Virus record (IMG/VR): IMGVR_UViG_3300031539_000078
Coordinates: 1 to 44,975 of that record
Length of the DNA: 44,975 bases
Strand: one strand, 5' to 3'
DNA from: a virus
This document shows positions 1 to 7,875 of this stretch, piece by piece. The position numbers were made by a program, and so were the translations under genes. A model generated the notes under the pieces. That model was not told the DNA's origin and did not search any database. It saw only the letters and a program-made list of their open reading frames with translations. The stretch's first letter is position 1. The number at the start of each line of letters is the position of its first letter.

Positions 1-127
1 TACCAGAATATACACCTTCCGCAGAGGGTAGACGTAGGATTATTGAGTCAAGATTAAAACGTGGCGAGCCTGTATCTGCAAAGTTACTGGCAGAGTTTCC
101 TGATTTAGCTAAAGTTGCCCCTGAAGT
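1..127. repeat. Terminal direct repeat, identical to 44849-44975 (circular closure or terminal redundancy)
   Basis: Both 127-nt strings match base for base when read side by side. The unique length is therefore 44848 bp. Confidence 0.97.
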
Positions 128-2189
128 TGCTAAACCTGTTGGTAAAGTAGCGACAGAGCAAGCATTTAAGGCTGGGGCTTTAATTAAAGTTACGGAGAAT
201 ATACCTATATCTCCCATTGAACTTCCCGATAAGGGAACATCTTTATTTAATAAGGGGTGGAGATATAACCAAGCAGAGAAAACTTGGTATGAGCCAAGTG
301 GGACAGTTTCCGAAGTTGTTGCTGAGACTGGGACTTATACACCCGAAACTATTGCCGGGGTAGAGGATTGGCTTACTTCTAGTGAGGAGGTTGAGGCTTT
401 AGGAGCTGCTAAACCACCAATTAAGCCACCACCCCCTCCATCAGAATCCCCCCTATTTGCAGGGAAACCAGTAGGGGATCCAATAGCTAAATTAAATGAG
501 CTTCTTAAACAAGCAAAGCCAATAAGACGAAAAATTGAAACAGCCTATACCGCAGAAAGGGCAAAAAGAATTGCCAAGGTAGATGAGTTTATTCAAGATA
601 CTATTGATAAAGTTGGGGGAGAAGAGGGGTATAAAATAATTTTATCAAAACTGAAGGGAACATTACTTCCCCCAGAAGGTAAAATTGCCTTTGAACCAAT
701 TAAGGCGAAATTAAGTGCAGATGAATTAAAAGCCCTTTATATTAGGACTTGGAAACATCCTTATTTGGATAATTGGGAAAAAATATCTGCTGCTGATGGT
801 TTGACTGATTTATTAACGGGTGCAATTCCCCAACCCAAACAATTGGTTCTATTAGAGGAAATATATGGGACAGATTTAATTAAGAACATTCTTTCTAAAA
901 GGGTATGGGGAGCCAAAGCCATAGACTTCGCAGTAGAAGCTATGAACGTACCTAGAGCAATATTGGCAACTGCCGATATGTCGGCATTCTTAAGGCAAGG
1001 TATTATTCCGGTTATTGCTCATCCAAGAATTGGGGCGAAGGCAATTGGCAAAACCTTTCAATTTGCCCTCAAGCCCAAAATATTTGAACAATATTTTAAG
1101 GAAGATTTACCCAATGATCCCCTTTATGCCTTAATGAGAAAAAGCAAATTAGCAATTACTGACCCATTTAAGGCAAGAATGGCAGGAAGGGAAGAGCCAT
1201 TTATTTCAAGATTCCTGCAAAAAATTCCCATCCTTAGAATTCCCGTGACCTTTGCTGAAAGGTCTTATGTTGGTTTTCTAAATAAAGTAAGGGTTGACCT
1301 TTTTAAGTCTTGGGCTAATGAAGCGTTATCAAAAGGATTTAGCCCTATTAAAGACATAGAACACTTTAAGGCTATTGCTACAGTTGTTAATACTTTTACG
1401 GGTAGGGGTGCAATAGGAAAATTAGAAGGAATTACGCCAGTATTGAATACTATTTTCTTCTCACCAAGATTAATATCGGCTCGGTTTAATGCCTTAAATC
1501 CTGTTTGGTATGCCCACATGCCAAAAGAAATAAGGAAAAAAGCTATTACTGATTTTGCTCTATTTGTATCAGCAGGATTAACTACCTTGGCTTTGATTAA
1601 ATTATCGGCCGGAGATGAAGTTGGTGTAGAAACTGATCCAAGAAGTTCCGATTTTGGGAAAATAAGAATAGGGAATACCAGGTGGGATATTTGGGCTGGA
1701 TTTCAGCAATGGGTAAGAGTGTTCGCTCAAATAATTACCGGGGAAAGAAAAAATACCACAACGGGTGAAATTGTTTCTCTAAACAAAGACGAATATCCCT
1801 TCACTACAAGGAAGGAAGTCTTATTAAGATTTATTGAGGGGAAATTAGCTCCAGTTCCAGCCTTAATAAATGAACTAATATCTGGGGGGAAAACCTTCAC
1901 GGGGGAAGATATAACCTTTGAAACGGTAGCAAGGGAAAAGTTTATTCCTATGTATATTCAGGATATAGCCGAGGCGTATGCTGATGGTGGATTGGGTAGA
2001 GCAGTGGGGGCTGGTATTCCAGCATTCTTTGGAGTGGGCGTTCAAACTTGGGGAGAAAAGGCTAAATCAAAAACGAGTGCCATATTAGAGTTTTATGCTC
2101 AGGGCAATTATGGTAAGTCTTGGGATGACCTTACTGAAGGGGAGAAAACAGCCTTATTAAATAAATATCCTGAATTAAGGGAGGGTTAA
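1..2189 (+). CDS. C-terminal ~729 codons of a 1302-codon giant virion-associated protein whose ORF wraps the window junction (N-terminal part at 43129-44848)
   Basis: The frame starting at base 3 is open to TAA 2187-2189, checked codon by codon up to 765. It is in phase with 43129-44975 through the overlap. Track ORF 765-2189 is only its tail. Contains the hydrophobic segment AITDFALFVSAGLTTLALIKL. Confidence 0.8.
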   Translation, partial: PEYTPSAEGRRRIIESRLKRGEPVSAKLLAEFPDLAKVAPEVAKPVGKVATEQAFKAGALIKVTENIPISPIELPDKGTSLFNKGWRYNQAEKTWYEPSGTVSEVVAETGTYTPETIAGVEDWLTSSEEVEALGAAKPPIKPPPPPSESPLFAGKPVGDPIAKLNELLKQAKPIRRKIETAYTAERAKRIAKVDEFIQDTIDKVGGEEGYKIILSKLKGTLLPPEGKIAFEPIKAKLSADELKALYIRTWKHPYLDNWEKISAADGLTDLLTGAIPQPKQLVLLEEIYGTDLIKNILSKRVWGAKAIDFAVEAMNVPRAILATADMSAFLRQGIIPVIAHPRIGAKAIGKTFQFALKPKIFEQYFKEDLPNDPLYALMRKSKLAITDPFKARMAGREEPFISRFLQKIPILRIPVTFAERSYVGFLNKVRVDLFKSWANEALSKGFSPIKDIEHFKAIATVVNTFTGRGAIGKLEGITPVLNTIFFSPRLISARFNALNPVWYAHMPKEIRKKAITDFALFVSAGLTTLALIKLSAGDEVGVETDPRSSDFGKIRIGNTRWDIWAGFQQWVRVFAQIITGERKNTTTGEIVSLNKDEYPFTTRKEVLLRFIEGKLAPVPALINELISGGKTFTGEDITFETVAREKFIPMYIQDIAEAYADGGLGRAVGAGIPAFFGVGVQTWGEKAKSKTSAILEFYAQGNYGKSWDDLTEGEKTALLNKYPELREG

Positions 2190-2590
2190 TTTGATTCTAA
2201 TTCAAGGTCTTTTATGGTTTGGCCAATAGAACCTTGAATATAACCATCAATATAATTATCTCTATCTAATAATATGGGGGCACAGTATTTTTCATAACTT
2301 GGAGGATCACGCCAGCCCCTAAAATACCATTCATAAGCTTGTCGGGAGCAATCTGGTGGTGCAAAACCCCGTCCATAATAACCATCTCGGTATCCCTGTT
2401 GAAAGGATGGAGTGCCAAATGGGATATGGGGGGTAGATGGTTCTGTATTTGGGGAATATACATAATTTGTAGTTGGTTCCTGATAGTATGTGGGGCTTAC
2501 TTGTTGGGGAGATGACAGAGCCTTTATGCCCACTATTAAAATAATAAGACCAATCCCCAATAGGATACATAGAGTCCGCTGTCTGGTCAT
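2186..2590 (-). CDS. Small membrane-anchored protein (N-terminal TM helix, Tyr/Gly/Pro-rich ectodomain); moron-like
   Basis: 134-aa track ORF on the opposite strand to its neighbours. TM segment LCILLGIGLIILIVGI. It has its own promoter, and its stop codon overlaps the stop of the giant ORF (convergent). Confidence 0.6.
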   Translation of the reverse strand: MTRQRTLCILLGIGLIILIVGIKALSSPQQVSPTYYQEPTTNYVYSPNTEPSTPHIPFGTPSFQQGYRDGYYGRGFAPPDCSRQAYEWYFRGWRDPPSYEKYCAPILLDRDNYIDGYIQGSIGQTIKDLELESN

Positions 2591-2596
2591 ATTTCT

Positions 2597-2624
2597 AGTT
2601 TATCACCATCCGGATTTTTGTCAA
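2597..2624 (-). promoter_or_regulatory. Sigma70-type promoter giving a leaderless mRNA for 2186-2590
   Basis: The minus strand reads TTGACA-16 nt-TGaTAAACT-agaaat-ATG. The -10 ends 6 nt before the start codon and there is no SD. Confidence 0.5.
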
Positions 2625-2650
2625 GACCTTCCGAGGGGCGGGTGCAATCC

Positions 2651-2698
2651 AAAAGAAATAGGCCTCAAGGCTCTCCTTACTGCCTCAAGACCTATTTC
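2651..2698 (-). terminator. Intrinsic terminator-like hairpin downstream of the tRNA
   Basis: Imperfect long stem with outer 8 bp gaaatagg/cctatttc. On the minus strand it is followed by TTTTGG, giving cctatttcttttgg. Confidence 0.45.
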
Positions 2699-2720
2699 CG
2701 AAGTCTTGGGTTCTTTTACC

Positions 2721-2735
2721 CATCCGACTACCAAT
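2721..2735. repeat. 15-nt arm complementary to the tRNA anticodon arm (partner 2813-2827)
   Basis: The reverse complement of catccgactaccaat is attggtagtcggatg, versus attgatagtcggatg at 2813-2827. That is 14/15, and the mismatch would be a G-U pair in RNA. Confidence 0.8.
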
Positions 2736-2775
2736 CAATATTAATGTTAAAACACCCCCCAAACTTTGTCAAGTG

Positions 2776-2851
2776 TGGTGGAGGCAAAGGGATTTGAACC
2801 CTCAACTTTCCAATTGATAGTCGGATGCTTTCCCGATTAAGCTATGCCCCC
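2776..2851 (-). tRNA. 76-nt tRNA with encoded CCA; anticodon loop CUAUCAA, so the anticodon reads AUC (nominally Asp, codon GAU)
   Basis: Cloverleaf drawn by hand. Acceptor GGGGGCA/TGCCTCC (one G-U), D stem GCTT/AAGC, anticodon stem TCCGA/TTGGA, 5-nt variable loop, T arm GAGGG-TTCAAAT-CCCTT, discriminator A, CCA. Confidence 0.85.
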
Positions 2852-2860
2852 ACCATTTCT

Positions 2861-2869
2861 ATTATATCA
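2861..2869 (-). promoter_or_regulatory. Extended -10 promoter (TGaTATAAT) for the tRNA
   Basis: The minus strand reads TGATATAAT, and 9 nt lie between the -10 hexamer and tRNA position 1. Confidence 0.45.
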
Positions 2870-3024
2870 CGGGATTAGGGGTATCCTGGCATAAAACTCT
2901 AATTTCCCCCCTATCAGAATTGGGGACAGAAGTCGTCTAAAATAACTTTTGTGATGATTTACCCATAAAAGACCTTTTACCCCCCTAAAAAGACCTCTCA
3001 AGGCGAGGTTATATTTGGATAAGG

Positions 3025-3090
3025 AATCCGCAAGATGGTCGATGGCGGATTTTTATTAACCACTCTTAGTCGAGAGTGGTTTTTCATTTC
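3025..3090 (+). terminator. Two tandem terminator-like hairpins upstream of the head gene block
   Basis: Stem aatccgc/gcggatt (3025-3051) is followed by TTTTATT. Stem aaccactct/agagtggtt (3058-3081) is followed by TTTCATTTC. Confidence 0.4.
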
Positions 3091-3137
3091 TGGAAAGTTC
3101 TCTCAGGGAGAACATAACAGAATAAGGAGAACTAAAA

Positions 3138-3812
3138 ATGGCAGAAGATAAAAAGGAAGAGATAACACCCGAAGTCAAACCTGACATAAAGGTGGAAACT
3201 CCACTACAAGTATCAATCGAGGATTTACAGAAGCAACTTCAGGACAGAGATTCCAAAATCCTAGAACAGCAACGAACAATATCGAGACATGCTGAAAGTG
3301 AGCGTAAGCTCAAAGACCAAAGCGAGGCCGTAATAGCTCTAAGGGATGATTTTGAGGAGTATCGGGCTACATCACTGGATTACCTTGAGGAATTACGAGG
3401 CCAACCAGTAGAAGAAGCTAAAACTCCAAGAAGTCACCGGGCAGAACTAGAGGAACAGAGAAAGGCACGGGCTGGGGAGAAGAAAGCTCCTCAAGACCCT
3501 GATGTAACTAGGTTTATCACCTATATTGATAGTCAGGAGTTAAAGCCTGATGACCCACTAGTTCTTGAGGCTGTTGGCGAAGACCGAACCCCCCAAGAAG
3601 CTCTTAAATACTTGCGGGATAAGGTTAAAGCTAATAGTCAAGCTAGTACTGAAAAGAGTGCTGCGGAAATCGCCAAGGGTTTGCATGAGCAATGGCTCAA
3701 GGAACATGGATTAACGGCTCCTGGTGCTGGGGGACCCAGTGCTTCAGCGAAAAATTGGCGGGATTTATCTGCCAAAGAAAAAATCGATTATGCCATAGCT
3801 GGGAAAAAATAA
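3138..3812 (+). CDS. Putative scaffolding protein
   Basis: Strong SD AAGGAGA. 224 aa, Glu/Lys-rich with coiled-coil-like composition, immediately upstream of the capsid gene. Confidence 0.5.
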   Translation: MAEDKKEEITPEVKPDIKVETPLQVSIEDLQKQLQDRDSKILEQQRTISRHAESERKLKDQSEAVIALRDDFEEYRATSLDYLEELRGQPVEEAKTPRSHRAELEEQRKARAGEKKAPQDPDVTRFITYIDSQELKPDDPLVLEAVGEDRTPQEALKYLRDKVKANSQASTEKSAAEIAKGLHEQWLKEHGLTAPGAGGPSASAKNWRDLSAKEKIDYAIAGKK

Positions 3813-3829
3813 ATTAAAGAGGTAAACAA

Positions 3830-4858
3830 ATGGCTTATACATTAGCCGAAGCTGCAAAACTATCTGATGACCCCTTACAGGCAGGCGTAATAGAAATGTT
3901 TATCAGCGATGACCCAGTACTAGAGCGGTTGCCGTTTACTACCATCGTTGGTAATTCGTTAACCTACGACCTTGAATTGACTGAGCCAACTGCCAAATTC
4001 TATCTACCGAATGAGACCTGGGTTGAGACCACTGGAACTGTTGACCAGGCTACCGCCAAGCTTAAGGTTCTTGGTGGCGATTCTGATGTGGACAACTTCC
4101 TGATGGCTACTCGCTCCAACGTAAACGACCTCAAGAGTGAAGCCCTTAAGGCTAAAGTCAAGGCAGTCAGGAAACAGTTTTTGACTACATTCTGGTATGG
4201 ATACGATGCGTCTGGTATTGCTGTTGGCGGTTGTACTGGTAGGGAGTTCAATGGTGTGCATTCTCTGGTTAGCAGTGTGGGAACAAACACTACGGCAGCA
4301 GCAGCTGCTGGTCTGCACCTTAGCTACAATGTTATAGCTCTGGGAACTAGCACTACAGACACGGTTGCACTGCCTTATCACAGGCTAGAGGAAGCGGTAG
4401 ACAAGATTAAGGGCTTTAAGCCTGACTTGATGGTGATGACAAAGCAAATGAAGCGTCTCATCAATGTCTATCTGCGTGGTGCTGGTGGGATTAGTTATGA
4501 GGATATGGCTGATAAGCGTGTTCAAAGCATATACAACGTTCCTGTTGGTGTAAGTGATTACATCAGAGAGGATGAGGACTGCACGAAACACTATAGCTCG
4601 TATGCAAGCAACGAGTATGGCTTTGACTACACAACCTCCGCTACCGTAGATGACGGCACTTCAATCTTTATCCTGAGCTTTGACCCGAAGGGTTGTTGTG
4701 GTGTGCAGAATGGTGCAATGACAACTGTTCCCTTGGGAGACCTGGAAACCAAAGATGCCAGTCGTTTCAGGATTAAATGGTATGTAAGTATGATGCTTCA
4801 GAACATTCTATCCTGTGCGAAAGTAACTGGTATCAAAGTCGGCGCTGTAGGCGCATAA
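3830..4858 (+). CDS. Major capsid protein (HK97-fold type)
   Basis: 342 aa following the scaffold-like gene. The N-terminal pattern LQAGVIEMF...PVLERLPF..IVGNSLTY...LKVLGGDSDVDNFL resembles phage major capsid families from memory. Strong hairpin downstream. Confidence 0.7.
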   Translation: MAYTLAEAAKLSDDPLQAGVIEMFISDDPVLERLPFTTIVGNSLTYDLELTEPTAKFYLPNETWVETTGTVDQATAKLKVLGGDSDVDNFLMATRSNVNDLKSEALKAKVKAVRKQFLTTFWYGYDASGIAVGGCTGREFNGVHSLVSSVGTNTTAAAAAGLHLSYNVIALGTSTTDTVALPYHRLEEAVDKIKGFKPDLMVMTKQMKRLINVYLRGAGGISYEDMADKRVQSIYNVPVGVSDYIREDEDCTKHYSSYASNEYGFDYTTSATVDDGTSIFILSFDPKGCCGVQNGAMTTVPLGDLETKDASRFRIKWYVSMMLQNILSCAKVTGIKVGAVGA

Positions 4859-4867
4859 ACATAATAA

Positions 4868-4908
4868 GGCGGATGGGCAATGTGAGCCTTTAAAATCATT
4901 GCCCCGCC
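4868..4908 (+). other. GC-rich stem-loop after the capsid gene
   Basis: ggcggatgggcaatg ... cattgccccgcc, about 12 bp with a bulge and no clear U tract. Confidence 0.4.
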
Positions 4909-4965
4909 ATGTTGGTCGATAATGGCGTAAGACCAAAACTAGAAATAGTATAAAGGAGAAAAACA

Positions 4966-5598
4966 ATGGCAAGAACTTTTCCTTGCAGAATCACTACTGG
5001 TACTACAGAAGTATCTTGGGCGGGTTTGTCCCCAATTGATGGCTACCTTCCCGAAGTAAAATCCCAAAGACCTGTAGGCTACCTTGAGTCTTTTTCTACT
5101 GCTATTACGGCTGCGACTGCTGCTCCGACCTTTTACTGTAAGCAGACAATTACTGCTGGTATGTGTGGTAGGTTAAGCGGTGCTGCGGCTCACTTCCAGA
5201 CCCATATTGCGGGAGCTATGGTTGATGATACTAGCGGCATAGCTTCTTGGGTGCAGATAGATGGAGGCTCAACCATTGTGAATGGACATGATGGGGGTGT
5301 AATCACACCTCTTACCGTGGGCGTGAGGGAACGGGTTACAAGTACCCACACTTCATCTGAGGTTGTTTATGGTATTCGGGCACAGGCTTTATTCAGCAAT
5401 GATACGCCAACTAAGACCTTCTTTGCTCGTCTAAACGTGTCACTGCCCGGGGGAGTGGGTTGTACTGCTGTGTTTTTAGGAGATAATTTGCAATCCTTGG
5501 GTTGGGTTGGTGGTGCAGCTAAGACCGTATTTGCTGCCCCATTTGCCCTATTCTATCAAGGCTCTACAACCTACTACGTAAACTGCTACAGTTCATAA
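4966..5598 (+). CDS. Hypothetical virion protein (Ala/Thr/Gly-rich), bracketed by hairpins
   Basis: 210-aa track ORF with SD AAGGAGA, in the structural operon. Confidence 0.6.
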   Translation: MARTFPCRITTGTTEVSWAGLSPIDGYLPEVKSQRPVGYLESFSTAITAATAAPTFYCKQTITAGMCGRLSGAAAHFQTHIAGAMVDDTSGIASWVQIDGGSTIVNGHDGGVITPLTVGVRERVTSTHTSSEVVYGIRAQALFSNDTPTKTFFARLNVSLPGGVGCTAVFLGDNLQSLGWVGGAAKTVFAAPFALFYQGSTTYYVNCYSS

Positions 5599-5610
5599 AC
5601 CAACAGCTTC

Positions 5611-5635
5611 GGGGGAGTTGGGCTTAAACTCCCCC
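5611..5635 (+). other. 9-bp perfect stem-loop after 4966-5598
   Basis: gggggagtt-gggctta-aactccccc. Confidence 0.5.
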
Positions 5636-5668
5636 AACTCATTTAAGGAGAATAAAAAAGGAGAATAA

Positions 5669-6133
5669 ATGGCAGATAAAATAAGTAAGAAACTGACAAT
5701 GGCTGAGAGGTTTGTACTTCTCAATAATCTTCCCATTGAGGGTGACCTTGTGACCTTCAAGATTCTAAGGAAACTAAGGGAAACTTTAGCTCCTAGCGAA
5801 AAGGAAATCAAGGACTACGGATTCAAGAATTCCTATAGATGTTCTCACAAGGAGTATGACGAAAGGGGTAAAGCCTTTCAATGTGAGGTAGAAGCGGAGG
5901 GTGAAACTCCACCCAAATGTCATATTCATAATGTCTTTATGCAACCAATTGGAAGGGCATCTTGGAATCCCGAGAAGTGGAACTTGGAGAAGGAAATATG
6001 GTTTGGGGCAAAAGCTAATAGCATTATCATGGACGCCTTGAAAAAGGTTAGTGAGGAGGACAAGAAAATAAACGATGATGTTATTGCTGGTCTTTACGAG
6101 AAGTTTGTAGAGCAAGGGGAGGAGGAGGAATAA
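5669..6133 (+). CDS. Hypothetical protein with acidic C-terminus
   Basis: 154-aa track ORF with SD AAGGAGA. Confidence 0.6.
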   Translation: MADKISKKLTMAERFVLLNNLPIEGDLVTFKILRKLRETLAPSEKEIKDYGFKNSYRCSHKEYDERGKAFQCEVEAEGETPPKCHIHNVFMQPIGRASWNPEKWNLEKEIWFGAKANSIIMDALKKVSEEDKKINDDVIAGLYEKFVEQGEEEE

Positions 6134-6142
6134 AGCAAGACA

Positions 6143-6601
6143 ATGAGTTACCAGATTGATTTCTTAAACGATGGTACACCAAGTGCTGATTCGTATTATG
6201 GGCCTAGCTATACTCCTGATAAAGCCTTCAATGATTCTACGACTGATAGCTGGTTATCAGATGAAAGTGCTTTTCCCCATTGGATTAAGTATGACTTAGG
6301 GGAGGGTATTAGCAAGAAAGCCAGAAAACTCAATATGTATCCACAGGAAATGCAGGTTAAGGACTTCAAACTAGAAGGCTCGAATGATGATTCTGTATGG
6401 ACTGAACTCTTATCAGATGCAGCTACAGCCGTTGCAGAATGGCAAGCATGGGAGTTTAGTAATTTCATAGCATACCGCTATTACATGATAACCGTTACCT
6501 CTAATCATAGTGAGGGTGGTGATACTTATGCTGCGATAGGGGAGATTGAGCTAATGGAGGCAGTTACAAGTGGGACTAAATTTAATCGGGGGTTTAATTG
6601 A
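6143..6601 (+). CDS. Discoidin / F5-8 type C-like (galactose-binding-like) domain protein
   Basis: The pattern KAFNDSTTDSWLSD...PHWIKYDLGEGI...VKDFKLEGSNDDSVWTEL...IGEIEL matches the discoidin-domain consensus as I remember it. Confidence 0.5.
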   Translation: MSYQIDFLNDGTPSADSYYGPSYTPDKAFNDSTTDSWLSDESAFPHWIKYDLGEGISKKARKLNMYPQEMQVKDFKLEGSNDDSVWTELLSDAATAVAEWQAWEFSNFIAYRYYMITVTSNHSEGGDTYAAIGEIELMEAVTSGTKFNRGFN

Positions 6602-7866
6602 TAATATTAAAACAGAGTACCGCTAGGAAATTACCTGTAATGCTGGTTGATGGCAGTGGTGCAGTTAAGGCAGATGTTGCTGAAGGCGATGTTACGGTAG
6701 TTACCTCTAAGAATGGGGGGGCTTTAACACCTTTTATCTTAACTGATAAATGGACTGACTTAGGGCAAGGGCTTTATACAATTGATTTTGCTAGTGGGGA
6801 CCTGGACACAGAAGGGTTTTTCGCTTATTTAGTCACAGTTACGGGATGCGACCAGTATTCAGGGATAATGTATGTGAGCGATTGGGAGACCAATGTTGAC
6901 GCTATTTTAGAGGATACTGCAACCACACTAGACGGAAAGATAAATACCATAGACACTAATGTTGATTCTGTCTTGGAGGATACAGCCACTACATTGGACG
7001 GGAAGATTACGACAGTAGATACAGTCGTAGATGCAATCAAGGAAAAGACAGATAATTTGCCAACAGACCCAGCCGATGAATCTCTGCTTGAAGCTGAATT
7101 ACTTACAGTAGAAATAAATCTTAGGGCTGCTATTACAGATACGGAAGGTAACATTAGGGGAGGGGGAGACACCCTTGACATCATAAGTGACCAGATAGAC
7201 CCAATTATACCCGCCTTCAATGCTATTAAGGGAGCTGGCTGGACAGATGAAAACCTAACTACTATTGATACACTGATAGATGCTATCAAGGCTAAAACAG
7301 ATAACCTACCTGTAGACCCTGCGGATGAATCTTTGCTTGAGGCTGCCATAACTACAGCCGAGGGAAATATCAGGGGAGCTGATAGCGATACTTTGGAGAC
7401 ACTGAGCGACCAGATTGATGAAGCACAAGCAGAACTAGATACATTGCCGGACGACCCTGCTGATGAATCATTAATCGAGGCAGCGATAACGGCTACTGAG
7501 GGTAATATCAGGGGGGCTGATGCCGATACCCTAGAGACATTAAGCGACCAATTAGACCCTGTGGCACTAGAGGCAACACTGGCTGCTATGAAGGGTGTTG
7601 GTTGGACAACTGAGAGCCTTGTAGCAATCCAAACTGCGATTGATACAGATGTTCTAGGGGACTTAACTGTCCTGAATGACAAACTAAATGCCATTAAACT
7701 TATAGAAGATTACCTGAAGCAAAAGGAATCGGGGCGGTGGAAGATAGAGAACTATCAACTTACCTATTATGATGCTGATGGTACGACTGTCTTAAAACGC
7801 TTTAACTTATTCAACAAAGACGGGCATGTAACTAATGAAAATCCTTACGAGCGAGTTCCAGTTTAG
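6598..7866 (+). CDS. Fibre-like protein with long internal repeats
   Basis: 422 aa with a TTG start overlapping the upstream stop. Repeated blocks DTATTLDGKI.T.DT.VD and KTDNLP.DPADESL.EAAIT..EGNIRGAD.DTLETLSDQ.D. Confidence 0.6.
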   Translation: MIILKQSTARKLPVMLVDGSGAVKADVAEGDVTVVTSKNGGALTPFILTDKWTDLGQGLYTIDFASGDLDTEGFFAYLVTVTGCDQYSGIMYVSDWETNVDAILEDTATTLDGKINTIDTNVDSVLEDTATTLDGKITTVDTVVDAIKEKTDNLPTDPADESLLEAELLTVEINLRAAITDTEGNIRGGGDTLDIISDQIDPIIPAFNAIKGAGWTDENLTTIDTLIDAIKAKTDNLPVDPADESLLEAAITTAEGNIRGADSDTLETLSDQIDEAQAELDTLPDDPADESLIEAAITATEGNIRGADADTLETLSDQLDPVALEATLAAMKGVGWTTESLVAIQTAIDTDVLGDLTVLNDKLNAIKLIEDYLKQKESGRWKIENYQLTYYDADGTTVLKRFNLFNKDGHVTNENPYERVPV

Positions 7867-7875
7867 GAGGTTTAT

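Noticed and set aside
1-127. Interpreting the 127-bp end repeat as a biological direct terminal repeat of the virion DNA
   Set aside because: This is not excluded. However, 127 nt equals a commonly used assembler k-mer, and the repeat lies in the middle of a coding sequence, which fits circular assembly closure better. Only read-terminus data can decide.
2776-2851. Suppressor tRNA or alternative genetic code
   Set aside because: The anticodon loop contains CUA and UCA strings only out of register. The 34-36 triplet is AUC. All long genes are intact under the standard bacterial code, so no stop-codon reassignment is needed.
1265-4591. Nested minus- and plus-strand track ORFs inside the giant ORF, the membrane-protein gene and the capsid gene (1265-1519, 2266-2570, 2490-2744, 4000-4381, 4385-4591)
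   Set aside because: They are short and fully contained in longer, better-supported genes on the other strand or frame, with no independent signals.
6825-7694. 289-aa ORF on the minus strand inside the fibre gene 6598-7866
   Set aside because: It is exactly antisense to the repeat-rich fibre ORF. It has a Ser/Ala/Val low-complexity composition, no SD, and stays open only because the sense repeats avoid the complements of stop codons.
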